From an uncultured Brevinematales bacterium (GTDB lineage: Bacteria; Spirochaetota; Brevinematia; Brevinematales; CAYRWR01), in NCBI GenBank assembly GCA_964428015.1, contig CAYRWR010000019.1, positions 503 through 64,502 of the forward strand: 64,000 nucleotides of DNA, read 5' to 3'. Under the pieces are notes generated by a model, which saw only the letters and a program-made list of their open reading frames with translations, was not told the origin of the DNA and searched no databases. The translations under genes and the position numbers were made by a program. Of the stretch, positions 28,008 through 38,189 are shown piece by piece (position 1 is the first letter of the stretch; every line of letters starts with the position of its first letter).

Positions 28008-29243
28008 ATGATTGATCAGTATACATTTCTGGCTAAACAGCCCATTCTCAGCGCGGAACAGGAAATCATGGCTTTTGAGCTGTATTTCCGGGATGCAGAG
28101 ATAGAGGACGCGGAAGATTATGACTCACTGCTGCAGGCTACTTCCCGGGTGTTATTTAATCTGCTGTCTACTTTTGGAGTAGACAAGATGGTAAAAAACA
28201 AACAGGCTTTTATCAACGTAGATAGAAAGATCCTGGACTCCAGTATTATAGAAGGGCTGGATCCGAAACGGTTTGTCTTCGAGATTTCCGGATATGAAAA
28301 AGCTATCGACCCTGATTTCACCGCCAGACTGCATGTCCTGCACAGCAAAGGCTTTCATTTTGCCATAGATAAATTTGTCATTTCAGAAAAGATGCTGGAA
28401 AAGTTCCGTCCTATTTTGGATATTATTGAATTCATTAAGGTAGACCTGTCTATCAATGACCCCGATGTTATCCGGTTCAAGCTGAAAATCTTTAAAGATC
28501 TGCCGATTAAATTGATCGCGGAGAAAGTGGAAGAGCGCGACGATTTTGCCTTTTGTCTGAAAGCCGGTTTTGACTTTTTTCAGGGGCATTATTTCAAAAA
28601 ACCGGAATTAATGAAAGGTAAAAATGTCGATCCGGAACGTTTAGCCATCATAGACATGCTGAAATTTTTAAAGTCTAATACTGACACTGACCTTATCGTT
28701 AAAAGTTTTGAAAAGCACCCCGACCTGTCTATAAATTTGCTGCGTTTTATCAATTCAGCCAGTATCTATACCCGGAATCACATCAGTTCCATCCGCCAGG
28801 CTGTAACCTTGATAGGACGTTCCAAACTGACCCAGTGGTTGTTCCTGATGCTCTATGCTAAAAAAGATTCCCAGTTAGAATCCAATCCCCTCTATATAAC
28901 TGCCAGTCAGAGAGCCAAACTGCTCACTTTATTGTCAAACAAGATCTTTGCTGAAATGGATGCGCAGAAAAGAGAGGAGATTTATTTTATCGGTATGCTT
29001 TCAGTAGTCGACGCCTTGTTTCAGATGCCCATGCAGACTATACTCCAGGAATTAAACATAGCTGAAGAAATCAGCAAGATCATTCTGGAATACGCCGGTG
29101 AAGTGGGTAAACTGCTCCGCTTTATCATTATGGCAGAAAAGATGGATAATAAAGATGTCAATCCGCTCATGGCTGGTCTCAATATCAGCCGCAGTGATTA
29201 TCTGCAGGCAGTACTGGAAAGCTTTGAATGGAATGATGCCTGA
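28008..29243 (+). CDS. EAL-like domain plus HDOD domain signalling protein
   Basis: N-terminal EAL-type fold (QPILSAEQEIMAFELYFR, FQGHYFKKP). C-terminal HDOD-like segment LLRFINSASIYTRNHISSIRQAVTLIGRSKL. The EAL triad reads FEL, so activity is uncertain. Confidence 0.75.
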   Translation: MIDQYTFLAKQPILSAEQEIMAFELYFRDAEIEDAEDYDSLLQATSRVLFNLLSTFGVDKMVKNKQAFINVDRKILDSSIIEGLDPKRFVFEISGYEKAIDPDFTARLHVLHSKGFHFAIDKFVISEKMLEKFRPILDIIEFIKVDLSINDPDVIRFKLKIFKDLPIKLIAEKVEERDDFAFCLKAGFDFFQGHYFKKPELMKGKNVDPERLAIIDMLKFLKSNTDTDLIVKSFEKHPDLSINLLRFINSASIYTRNHISSIRQAVTLIGRSKLTQWLFLMLYAKKDSQLESNPLYITASQRAKLLTLLSNKIFAEMDAQKREEIYFIGMLSVVDALFQMPMQTILQELNIAEEISKIILEYAGEVGKLLRFIIMAEKMDNKDVNPLMAGLNISRSDYLQAVLESFEWNDA

Positions 29244-29248
29244 GGCGT

Positions 29249-30823
29249 TTACATCCTATCCGGTGCGCTCACCCCAATCAGATCCAGACCTATGGCTAAT
29301 ATTTTACCTACAGCCTTTATCAAGGCCAGTCTTCTCAGGGTAGAGTCCCTGTCTTCGCTGATCACGCGGTACTGGGAATAAAAACGGTGAAAGCCCCCGG
29401 CCAGGTCTTCCAGGTATTGAGGCATGCGGTGAGGCTCCAGGCTCAGAGCCATATCGGTGAGGAGCTCAGGGAAAGAAATAAGTTTTTTGACCAGTTCCCA
29501 GGCGGCACTGTCGGTGCGGGCTTCTTCATCTGAGAGGAACACCTCGGGGATAAGTCCGGTCTCCACTTTTTCTTCTTCAGCTTTTCGCAGGATGCTCTGA
29601 ATCCGGGCATGGGCATACTGGACATAAAACACGGGGTTATTCTCACTTTGTTCCCGGGCTATACTCAAATCAAAGTCCAGTTTGGAATCGGTTTTTCTCA
29701 TGACCAGGAAGTAGCGGCCTGCATCCACGCCGATCTCATCAATTACTTCATCCAGGCTAATCATATCCCCTGTCCTTTTGGACATACGCACCGGTTCACC
29801 ATCCCGATATAGATTGACCAGTTGTCCTATGATAATATTTAGTATGACATCGTGGGAAAAGGCCTTTACAGCGGCATTAAGGCGCTGGATATAACCGTGA
29901 TGGTCAGCCCCGAAGACATTGATAAGCTCGCCATAGCGCCGTTCTATTTTATTACGGTGATAGGCAATATCCACCGCGAAATAGGTGTAAGCTCCGTCAG
30001 CCTTGATGAGTACCCTGTCTTTATCATCGCCAAAGTCCGTGGTCCGGAACCATAAAGCGCCTTCTTCTTCATAGAGCAGGCCCTTTTTGCGTAAAAACTC
30101 GATGGTTTCCTGAACAAAACTGGCAGAATGCAGGCTGGTCTCGGAGAAGTACAGGTCAAATCTCACCCGGAAACGTTCCAGTGTTTCTTTCTGCATAGCC
30201 AGAAGATTCTGGACCGGGTCACCGGGGAGATGGGCTATCTCCTGGATATAGTCTCCATGGTATCCGTCCTCCGGGACTGGCAGACCTGCTTTGACCGCGT
30301 CCACACTGGCGTGGAGGTTCCTGATCTGAACTCCGGCATCATTGATATAGAACTCCGTGGCTACATCCGCTCCACAGTAGCGCAGGATGCGGGCCATGGC
30401 ATCCCCTATGGCAGCCCAGCGTCCATGACCGATATGGAGGGGCCCGGTAGGATTGGCCGAAACAAATTCCAGCAGGATATTGCGGCCTGCCAGACTGTCA
30501 TTTTTTCCGTAGTGTTTTTCCTGCAAAATGGAGTGCAGTTCTTTTTCCACACTGGCCCGTGACAGGAAGAAATTCAGATAACCGGGGCCGGCGATATCAA
30601 TGTGATCGAAAAGGGCCTGTTTCTGTAAATCCTGCTGAAGCTTTTCCGCAATAGCACGGGGATTGGAACGCAGAGGTTTGGCCAGAGACATGGCTACCGG
30701 ACTGGCATAGTCTCCGTGTTCCGGTCTTTCGGTATAATTAATAGAAATAATATCTGCTTCATGGTTGAATTGTTCTTTTAAAGAACTGGCTATCAGCTGC
30801 CGGATTTGGTCTTTCAGGTTCAT
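29249..30823 (-). CDS. argS: arginine--tRNA ligase
   Basis: HIGH motif PTGPLHIGHGR, a KMSKS-like RMSKRTG, the anticodon-binding C-terminus and the typical terminal Met. Confidence 0.95.
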   Translation of the reverse strand: MNLKDQIRQLIASSLKEQFNHEADIISINYTERPEHGDYASPVAMSLAKPLRSNPRAIAEKLQQDLQKQALFDHIDIAGPGYLNFFLSRASVEKELHSILQEKHYGKNDSLAGRNILLEFVSANPTGPLHIGHGRWAAIGDAMARILRYCGADVATEFYINDAGVQIRNLHASVDAVKAGLPVPEDGYHGDYIQEIAHLPGDPVQNLLAMQKETLERFRVRFDLYFSETSLHSASFVQETIEFLRKKGLLYEEEGALWFRTTDFGDDKDRVLIKADGAYTYFAVDIAYHRNKIERRYGELINVFGADHHGYIQRLNAAVKAFSHDVILNIIIGQLVNLYRDGEPVRMSKRTGDMISLDEVIDEIGVDAGRYFLVMRKTDSKLDFDLSIAREQSENNPVFYVQYAHARIQSILRKAEEEKVETGLIPEVFLSDEEARTDSAAWELVKKLISFPELLTDMALSLEPHRMPQYLEDLAGGFHRFYSQYRVISEDRDSTLRRLALIKAVGKILAIGLDLIGVSAPDRM

Positions 30824-30989
30824 GGATCCACCTCGATAAAATTGGTCTTTATTATAGTAGAAAGTGGTGATTTCTTCCAGTTTTTACGGTTCCGCTCCGG
30901 GGAAAGTACTAACCGGCTAACTTTATTTGCCAATTTTGCCTGTTCTTGTTAATATTTAATGCATTTTCAAAACCAGGAAGGAGAAAACT

Positions 30990-32612
30990 ATGGCATTGAC
31001 TCTCAAAAAAAGCACCAAATTTAATAAAAGGCCCGGACCGCTGCTGCTCATCGTGATGGATGGAGTAGGCATCAATAAACCCTATGAAGGTAATGCTGTC
31101 TATGTAGCTAAGACACCCACTCTGGATAAATATTTCGGATCAGAATGGTATACTGAATTGCAGGCACACGGTACCGCGGTAGGGCTGCCCTCCGATGACG
31201 ATATGGGCAATAGCGAAGTGGGACATAACGCCCTGGGTGCCGGACGTATATTTGCTCAGGGAGCGCGGCTGGTCAATGAATCCATTGAAACCGGCAATAT
31301 GTATAAGAGCGATGTCTGGAAAAAGATAAACAGCCAGGTCACTTCCAAAAACAGTGCCCTGCATTTTATTGGTCTCTTCTCTGACGGAAACGTACATAGC
31401 CACATCCGCCACCTCAAATCCATGATCACCCAGGCAAACAAAGAGGGCGTGAAGAAAATCCGTGTACATACCCTTTTGGACGGACGGGATGTGGGGGAAA
31501 GATCCGCTCTGGGCTATATTGATGATTTTGAAAAATTCCTGGCCGGATTCAGCGGCGTAGACTATGCTATAGCCAGCGGCGGCGGACGTATGATCACTAC
31601 TATGGACCGATATAATGCTGACTGGAGCGTGGTGGAACGGGGCTGGAAGGCTCATGTCCTGGGTGAAGCCCGGGGCTTTTCCTCTGCTCATGAAGCAGTG
31701 CAGACCTACTATGACGAAGACCCCAAGATGACTGACCAGTATATGGACAGTTTTGTAGTACTGGATGGAAAAGGTCAGCCTAAAGGTACCATACAGGATG
31801 GTGACGCTGTGATCTTCTTTAATTTCAGAGGAGACCGGGCTATCGAAATAACCCTGGCATTTGAAGCGGTTGATTTTGATAAATTTGACCGCAAACGGGT
31901 GCCTGATGTACTGTATGCCGGAATGATGCAGTATGACGGCGACCTCAAGGTCCCCAAGAACTACCTGGTCAACCCTCCTGTGATTGACCGTACTATGGGC
32001 GACTTTTTATGCGGCAGCGGTATTAAAAGTTTTGCTATCTCTGAAACTCAAAAATTCGGTCATGTCACCTATTTCTGGAATGGCAACAAGAGCGGTTATG
32101 TCTGCGAAGACCAGGAACTCTATGTGGAGATTCCCTCTGATAAGATTCAGTTTGATAAGGCTCCTAAGATGAAAGCCCCCGAAATCACGGTGAAAGTAAA
32201 GGAACTCCTGGCCAGTGGCCAATACGATTTTGGCAGACTGAATTTTGCCAACGGAGATATGGTGGGCCATACCGGAGTCATGGAAGCGGCGGTAGAAGCC
32301 GTAGAAACGGTAGACAAGTGTGTAGGTGAACTAATCGAAGAAGTCCGGAAACTCAACGGACTGGTGCTGATTACGGCTGACCATGGTAACTGTGATGAGA
32401 TGTTTACCATTAAGAATGACAAAAAAATAGTGAATACAGCCCATACTCTCAACCCTGTTCCCTTCATTATCATTGATCCCGGGTACAAAGGAGAATATAA
32501 GCTGAGAAAAGTGGAAAATGCCGGACTAACCAATGTGGCGGCTACAGTATTTAATCTGCTGGGTTTTGAAAAACCGGAAGATTACCGTGATTCACTGATA
32601 GAATGGAAGTAA
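30990..32612 (+). CDS. gpmI: 2,3-bisphosphoglycerate-independent phosphoglycerate mutase
   Basis: DGVGI, MGNSEVGHNALGAGR, NFANGDMVGHTG and ITADHGN are cofactor-independent PGM motifs. Confidence 0.95.
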   Translation: MALTLKKSTKFNKRPGPLLLIVMDGVGINKPYEGNAVYVAKTPTLDKYFGSEWYTELQAHGTAVGLPSDDDMGNSEVGHNALGAGRIFAQGARLVNESIETGNMYKSDVWKKINSQVTSKNSALHFIGLFSDGNVHSHIRHLKSMITQANKEGVKKIRVHTLLDGRDVGERSALGYIDDFEKFLAGFSGVDYAIASGGGRMITTMDRYNADWSVVERGWKAHVLGEARGFSSAHEAVQTYYDEDPKMTDQYMDSFVVLDGKGQPKGTIQDGDAVIFFNFRGDRAIEITLAFEAVDFDKFDRKRVPDVLYAGMMQYDGDLKVPKNYLVNPPVIDRTMGDFLCGSGIKSFAISETQKFGHVTYFWNGNKSGYVCEDQELYVEIPSDKIQFDKAPKMKAPEITVKVKELLASGQYDFGRLNFANGDMVGHTGVMEAAVEAVETVDKCVGELIEEVRKLNGLVLITADHGNCDEMFTIKNDKKIVNTAHTLNPVPFIIIDPGYKGEYKLRKVENAGLTNVAATVFNLLGFEKPEDYRDSLIEWK

Positions 32613-32628
32613 GAATCAGAAGATAAAC

Positions 32629-32669
32629 GAAAAAAGCTGTCTCAGAAATACTGAGACAGCTTTTTTTTA
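32629..32669. terminator. bidirectional terminator
   Basis: The hairpin AGCTGTCTCAG-loop-CTGAGACAGCT has an A-run before and a T-run after. Confidence 0.85.
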
Positions 32670-33059
32670 CTCTATGATGTTGGTGGCTTTGTACAAGAAG
32701 ATTCGGGCATTGTGTATCTTCATTTCCAGGCCACCGTTGGAAAGAATGGTATACACTGCCTTGTTGGTGATCCTGCCGTCTATGATGAGCAGATCCTTGT
32801 CACTCAGGTCCCATTTGCCTTTTTTATCAGACATGGGGTAGAATTTGTTCTTGTTATAAGAACCATCCTGATAGCTGCCGTCTTCAAAAAACGCCATACC
32901 CACTGTAGATTCCTGGGCAAATTCCACTGATTTCGGATTCATCTTCCAGTAACCCGCCCAGAAGGACTTTTGGTCTGGTTTGATCTCTGCCTTTTCTTCC
33001 CCGCACCCTGTAGTACACACCCCCAATACCAACACGATGAGCCAGATACTGATCCGCAT
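32667..33059 (-). CDS. small lipoprotein, function unknown
   Basis: An AGGAGG RBS precedes the start and the lipobox is TTGC. About 110 mature residues. Confidence 0.6.
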   Translation of the reverse strand: MRISIWLIVLVLGVCTTGCGEEKAEIKPDQKSFWAGYWKMNPKSVEFAQESTVGMAFFEDGSYQDGSYNKNKFYPMSDKKGKWDLSDKDLLIIDGRITNKAVYTILSNGGLEMKIHNARIFLYKATNIIE

Positions 33060-33152
33060 AGATGCCTCCTGTTAATAATGGACATAAAGTATAAAGCAGC
33101 TTGATTTAAAACACAAATCCGGTGCAGAATGCTGAGAGGAGGTAGAACAGCA

Positions 33153-33602
33153 CTATTCTTCTACCCAGGACAGATCGTGAATATGACAGTCCAGTGAGAT
33201 AAGAGGCAAAAACAGAGTGATCAGAGCCGGTGACTCATCGATACTGATATAGATTACAGTGGGTGTTCTGTCTAAAAAGCCGGTATTGGATATAATACTG
33301 TACAGATTATCCTGTTCGGACTGGGAAATATCCTCTTTCTGAATATACAAGGGACGCGATTCCTGGAGTACGTAACAGGAAGAAAGTTTTTCCCGTTCCG
33401 CTGTATCCTGCACGGAGAGGAGCAGTTTATGAAAAACCCGGGTCCTGAAGGAGTGAGGCAGGTACCCGGAGCTGCCCGGATACTGGGTGTAGGTGAGGAT
33501 TTTATCTTTTCTCCACACAGAATACGAAAAGAGCCAGCCAGCCGCCAGGCCCAGCATCAGTGATATCAGGATAATCGCTTTATATTTTTTATTAATCGCC
33601 AT
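33153..33602 (-). CDS. hypothetical membrane-anchored protein
   Basis: The start is taken at MAINKKYKAIILISLMLGLAAGWLF (one TM helix). The longer ORF to 33794 runs into a GC-rich repeat and looks non-coding. A TATAAT-like box lies about 40 nt upstream. Confidence 0.45.
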   Translation of the reverse strand: MAINKKYKAIILISLMLGLAAGWLFSYSVWRKDKILTYTQYPGSSGYLPHSFRTRVFHKLLLSVQDTAEREKLSSCYVLQESRPLYIQKEDISQSEQDNLYSIISNTGFLDRTPTVIYISIDESPALITLFLPLISLDCHIHDLSWVEE

Positions 33603-33800
33603 AACAGAATATCCCCGGAAAAGTAATAGTTCTATCAGATTATATACCGGGAAGGGAATTATGTCCTGTTTTAATCCCTTTATAGATTTGGTAAGGATAA
33701 ACACAAAAATAGGGAAGACAAGAGGCGGTATATTACCGCCGGAGGCGTGAACAGCAACGGCCCTGAGCGGCCAGGGAAGATGTGAGACAGGCACTAAGGG

Positions 33801-33886
33801 TATATCATACCCGCCACTGCAGGGCGGGAGCGCCCCCTACCGCCGCCCTCCGCAGGCCCCCGCGGTTATGAAGCGGCGCGGCCCTC
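33801..33886 (-). repeat. GC-rich repeat element, copy A (contains the 29-nt exact core at 33823-33851)
   Basis: Its reverse complement aligns with 48749-48823. The shared core is GGAGGGCGGCGGTAGGGGGCGCTCCCGCC, and GAGGGCC, GGCCTG and a CCCGCC-loop-GGYGGG hairpin are also shared. Confidence 0.8.
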
Positions 33887-33950
33887 AGGACGCCTGATAC
33901 AGGCCGAAGTGTGGAATATGCCGGGGCTCAGCCTCATCTCAAAACAGAAA

Positions 33951-33989
33951 AACAGGGACTGCCCTGAGACAGCCCCTGTTCTTTTTTTT
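33951..33989. terminator. bidirectional terminator downstream of the 34001-35404 gene
   Basis: The hairpin AACAGGGACTG-loop-CAGCCCCTGTT has T8 on the + strand and a T-rich tract on the - strand. Confidence 0.7.
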
Positions 33990-34000
33990 CCTTTAACAAA

Positions 34001-35404
34001 TTAATTGATATTAATAAAATAAGTATCGTATAGGGAGTGGAGGTTGGCATATTTATTGTTGTCAATACCATCATACATCAGATATATCCATTTTCTGGCC
34101 TTGCTGCTGCCGTGACCCCAGTTGGCATAATAAGCCACTTCAATAGAAGTTCCGGGATTATTGCTCCAGAATTCCAGATAAACACCTTCAATGCCTACAT
34201 AATGGTCAGCTATCAGGCTGACATAGGTAGGCGACGAACAGATACACATTATAACGGGACGGTCCGCCTGTATCTCACTGAAAGTCTGGTTATAGTACCA
34301 GGCATTCACATGCTGGACACTGACACTGTAGCCTTTGCTATTACCGTATTGACTACCCAGGGGCATATCCAGGGGCCAGGTGACAGAGGCGCCCGAGCTG
34401 TCAAATACTGTACTCTTGACATAACCGCGGATGCTCCACATAGCGTCATATACTCTACGGTCAGGGCTGGCCCAGTAATTGCAGTAATACTCGGAATATC
34501 TGTTGTAAATGGGGGCTCCGTCAAACAGTCTGGTCTTACCTTTAAAGGTTTGCCAGTAGCCGTATACCATGGCCCAGGCTGTACTGCCGCAGCCTACATA
34601 GACCTGGCCTGCGCCATTCTGGGTAGGCTGGGTCCATTGAGGCAGGCTCCAGCCGTTGGCATATTTGGACCGGAGATATACAGTTTTGGACTGGATGGTG
34701 GGTGCGGCACCCTGATTTTCCAGATTGTTTTCCTGAGAATCCAGTCTGTTATAATAAGTCTGAAGCATACTTTTTGTAAAAGTAGGGACACTTTCTGATT
34801 GAGTGATGGCCTGGACATACCCCTGATTTTTAGCGCTGAATTCTTCCTGGGCCTTGCCCTTTTCTACCGGGGAGAAAACTTTGATACCTTCTACTGTGGT
34901 ATCCAGTTTGGCCAGTACCTCCGGGGAATCACACATCGCGGAATCTTTAGTCTGTGCTGCGCTTTCAAACACGCTATAGCGGATCACTTTGAGGTCAGTC
35001 CTGCCGGTAGCCTGCTGGTATTCTTCGGTCAGGCTCTTACCTTCCATGGTGATTTCCGGGACCTGGATATCGGCCTGGCTCAGACTGACCAGGATATAGC
35101 CCGCGTCTTCGCTGCCGTTCATCACTTTGAATTCATAATAGGCAGGATCCTGGATACCGGGGGTAGAGACAGGGTAGCCTTTACCGATGGTGGTAGATGC
35201 GGTCCATTTTCCGTCCGCATTCTCTGTATTCTGTATCATTTTCTTTAATTTGGTCTCGGCGATAAATTTAGCAGTGTTGTAATCTATGTCGGTAGTAATC
35301 ACTACGGGGTCATTGTTCTGATGAGTCCCGGGATCCAGCTGACAGGCAGTGAGACCGGCTGTAAGGGCCAGGGTAGGCATCAGATATCTAAAAAACTTTT
35401 TCAT
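34001..35404 (-). CDS. papain-fold cysteine peptidase-like lipoprotein (C10/streptopain-like or C39-like) with N-terminal pro-region
   Basis: Lipobox LTAC. Candidate catalytic Cys in VGCGSTAWAMVYGYW and His in ADHYVGIEG. The order and spacing resemble streptopain-type enzymes. Family assignment is from memory only. Confidence 0.55.
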   Translation of the reverse strand: MKKFFRYLMPTLALTAGLTACQLDPGTHQNNDPVVITTDIDYNTAKFIAETKLKKMIQNTENADGKWTASTTIGKGYPVSTPGIQDPAYYEFKVMNGSEDAGYILVSLSQADIQVPEITMEGKSLTEEYQQATGRTDLKVIRYSVFESAAQTKDSAMCDSPEVLAKLDTTVEGIKVFSPVEKGKAQEEFSAKNQGYVQAITQSESVPTFTKSMLQTYYNRLDSQENNLENQGAAPTIQSKTVYLRSKYANGWSLPQWTQPTQNGAGQVYVGCGSTAWAMVYGYWQTFKGKTRLFDGAPIYNRYSEYYCNYWASPDRRVYDAMWSIRGYVKSTVFDSSGASVTWPLDMPLGSQYGNSKGYSVSVQHVNAWYYNQTFSEIQADRPVIMCICSSPTYVSLIADHYVGIEGVYLEFWSNNPGTSIEVAYYANWGHGSSKARKWIYLMYDGIDNNKYANLHSLYDTYFININ

Positions 35405-35430
35405 ATGTGTTCTCCTGTTTTTTTATTTAA

Positions 35431-36297
35431 TTAATCACTGTATTTAACAAGGTACAGATAAGGACTTAAAAAGATGTCTGAAGGTAAAACTATACCGTAA
35501 TCATTATAGGCACTGTCATTACTATCCAGATTCACGCCGGCCTGGAAGTAGGCCTGCCATACCAGTTGGGAACAATAAAATGAGCTGCTGTCATACTTCA
35601 ATTCGGTCATATTGTAGGGCTTTCCAATCTGTTCAATGGCATACTGGACCGCTTTATCAATCACATTGCTGTCAGCCTGGTAGAGTCTTAATACTACTGC
35701 TTTGTCCACTGAAGCTCTGGCTTCCTGCAGTGAATAATAGTCCACAAATTCTCCATAATTGCCATTGGCGGTGATGAAAACCTTGTCATCATTGTCAGCC
35801 GGGTCTGCTATACAGATCAGAGCGTGATGCAGGGTATTGGTACCGTCCAGGGCCATACAGGAGGGATGATGGGTAACCATCAGGAGAATATCTCCCTTTT
35901 TAATACCGGTATAGTCCAGGCTGCACTCAGCATTCTGGAACTGTTCCTGGTAGAGGGGCTGAAAAGCCTCTGTACGGGCATTGATATCCAGCATTAACCG
36001 GGCCAGGATAGCCTTTATCACCACCCCGTTTATTTCCTGGATGGGAGTCTGTCCATAACCTATTGTAGTCAGATATTCTTCCAGTTTACTGATACCCCAG
36101 GCAGTTTTACCGGCTTCAGGCAAGAGGTCATTCTTGATGCCATTCTGCTCAGCAATAAAGTCCTGGGGAGGAAGAAAAGAATCCTTAGACTGAACATTGA
36201 CAGTTTGATCTACTCCCACATTATTATCCAGTGCACAACTCAGAGACAAAAAGGCCGTCAGCATCATCAACACGATTCGGACATTCACTTTTTTCAT
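35431..36297 (-). CDS. permuted papain-like amidase lipoprotein (YiiX/C92-like)
   Basis: Lipobox LSLSC. GDILLMVTHH with His-rich segments precedes FYCSQLVWQAYFQAGVNL, the permuted His-then-Cys order typical of YiiX-type proteins. Confidence 0.6.
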   Translation of the reverse strand: MKKVNVRIVLMMLTAFLSLSCALDNNVGVDQTVNVQSKDSFLPPQDFIAEQNGIKNDLLPEAGKTAWGISKLEEYLTTIGYGQTPIQEINGVVIKAILARLMLDINARTEAFQPLYQEQFQNAECSLDYTGIKKGDILLMVTHHPSCMALDGTNTLHHALICIADPADNDDKVFITANGNYGEFVDYYSLQEARASVDKAVVLRLYQADSNVIDKAVQYAIEQIGKPYNMTELKYDSSSFYCSQLVWQAYFQAGVNLDSNDSAYNDYGIVLPSDIFLSPYLYLVKYSD

Positions 36298-36583
36298 TTG
36301 TTACTCCTTTTCCTTTTTTTATTTTTTTCCAACTCAACTTTTCTTTATCACCGGAAATTACATGATACATTATCCACTCAGAAATTTTACCTCCTGGGTT
36401 TTAGTTTCTTGTCTTTTGTGGTAATATCATAGCAAAACTGCAGCGGCTCTACAATAGGATTTTTGTCATATTTTCACATAAAGGGGGGTCCTATTTTTTT
36501 AGGAGGGGGGTTAATAAAACTATTCTCCGGAATTGACGGAGGTGTGTTTTTCTATTAAGATGAAGGTAAGACAGGAGGATTCC

Positions 36584-38059
36584 ATGGCAAACACGATCTT
36601 TATGGGACAAGGCAAAGAAAAAGTGTTTCTTAATACCGCGATGGCGAACCGGCACGGACTGATAGCCGGTGCTACCGGGACTGGAAAGACTATTACGCTC
36701 CAGGTCATGGCCCAGGCCTTTTCTGATATGGGTGTCCCGGTGTTTGTAGCGGATATTAAAGGGGACATCGCCGGTCTGAGTCAGGCGGGTAAGGAACACC
36801 CCAAAGTTGAAGAAAGAGTCAAACTAATGGAAATGACTGATTTTAAATATAAAGCCAGTCCGGTACAGTTCTGGGACCTCTTCCGTAAACAGGGGCTGCC
36901 CCTGAGAGCCACGGTAAGTGATCTGGGGCCCATGATGTGGTCACGGCTCCTGGACCTGTCCGATGCTCAGAGTACTACCTTGTCGCTGTTGTTTAAACTG
37001 GCAGATGAGTCTGAACTGCTCCTCCTGGATCTCAAAGACCTGAAGGCAGCCCTGCAATTCCTCAATGAAAACGCCGACCAGATCTCAGCAGAATACGGCC
37101 AGGTCTCCAGTCAGACCATCCAGACTATTCAGCGCAAGCTTCTCCCTCTGGAAGAGCAGGGCGCGGAAATGTTTTTAGGAGAACCTGCCCTGGATATACG
37201 GGATCTGATGCAGAGAGACTATGAAGGCCGGGGAGCTATCAATATCCTGGCCGCTGATGTGCTGGTACAGCATCCTACTCTCTATTCCACATTCCTGCTG
37301 TGGCTGATGTCGGAGCTGTTTGAAGAGCTGCCTGAAAGGGGCGATGCTGACAAACCTCTGATGGTATTTTTCTTTGATGAGGCGCATTTGCTGTTCAATG
37401 AGGCCCCCAAGCCCCTGCTTACAAAGATAGAACAGGTGGTCAGGCTGATCCGTTCCAAAGGCATCGGGATATATTTTGTGACGCAGAATCCCCTGGATAT
37501 ACCCGATGAAGTACTGGGTCAATTAGGCAACCGGGTCCAGCATGCCCTCAGAGCTTTTACCCCCCGTGACCAGAAAGCAGTCAAAGCTGCGGCTACAACA
37601 TTTCGGGCAAATCCGGATATCGATGTGGAAAAGGCTATTACCGAACTGGGAGTAGGGGAAGCCCTGATGAGCTTTTTGGATGAAAAAGGCATACCGGGAA
37701 TGGTAGAAAGAGCTCTGGTGCGCCCGCCTGCCTGCCGTATCGGCTCTATCACTCCGGAAGAAAGGACAGCCCTCCTGTCTGTCTCCCCGTTAAAGTCTAA
37801 ATATGAAAAAGATATAGACCGTGAATCCGCCTATGAAAAACTCCAGGCCCGGGCTGAACGAGTGAAGAATCAGGAAGCACAGGCTCCCGTGGCCCATTCC
37901 GCTGCGGCGCCCAAGGCTCCCGGCCGGGGACGTCAGACAGTACTGGAAACCTTTTCCAAGAGTGTGGCCCGTTCCGTAGGGGGAAAAATTGGGCGCAATC
38001 TGCTGGGCAGCGGCGGCGGCAGTTTGTTGCGGGGGATTTTAGGCAGCTTAATGAGATAA
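36584..38059 (+). CDS. DUF853/HerA-like P-loop ATPase (YjgR family)
   Basis: An AGGAGG RBS precedes the start. Walker A is AGATGTGKT and Walker B is VFFFDEAHLLF. The Gly-rich basic C-terminal tail is typical of YjgR-like proteins. Confidence 0.85.
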   Translation: MANTIFMGQGKEKVFLNTAMANRHGLIAGATGTGKTITLQVMAQAFSDMGVPVFVADIKGDIAGLSQAGKEHPKVEERVKLMEMTDFKYKASPVQFWDLFRKQGLPLRATVSDLGPMMWSRLLDLSDAQSTTLSLLFKLADESELLLLDLKDLKAALQFLNENADQISAEYGQVSSQTIQTIQRKLLPLEEQGAEMFLGEPALDIRDLMQRDYEGRGAINILAADVLVQHPTLYSTFLLWLMSELFEELPERGDADKPLMVFFFDEAHLLFNEAPKPLLTKIEQVVRLIRSKGIGIYFVTQNPLDIPDEVLGQLGNRVQHALRAFTPRDQKAVKAAATTFRANPDIDVEKAITELGVGEALMSFLDEKGIPGMVERALVRPPACRIGSITPEERTALLSVSPLKSKYEKDIDRESAYEKLQARAERVKNQEAQAPVAHSAAAPKAPGRGRQTVLETFSKSVARSVGGKIGRNLLGSGGGSLLRGILGSLMR

Positions 38060-38189
38060 ATTTGCCCTTTGAGACAAGAATTGGTATATTTTATTTGTCT
38101 GAAACCAAATAGTAGTTTCAATATTATTTGATCTATGCTATACTATACGGTCTTTTTAGACAAATAGATGCAGGAGCAAATATTTTATT

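Noticed and set aside
33811-33830. GCCACTG within GC-rich element copy A as a cobalamin-riboswitch B12-box-like core.
   Set aside because: This is only a 7-mer resemblance, and the other conserved riboswitch blocks are absent. Copy B lacks the heptamer. The element lies upstream of the likely promoter, not in a leader.
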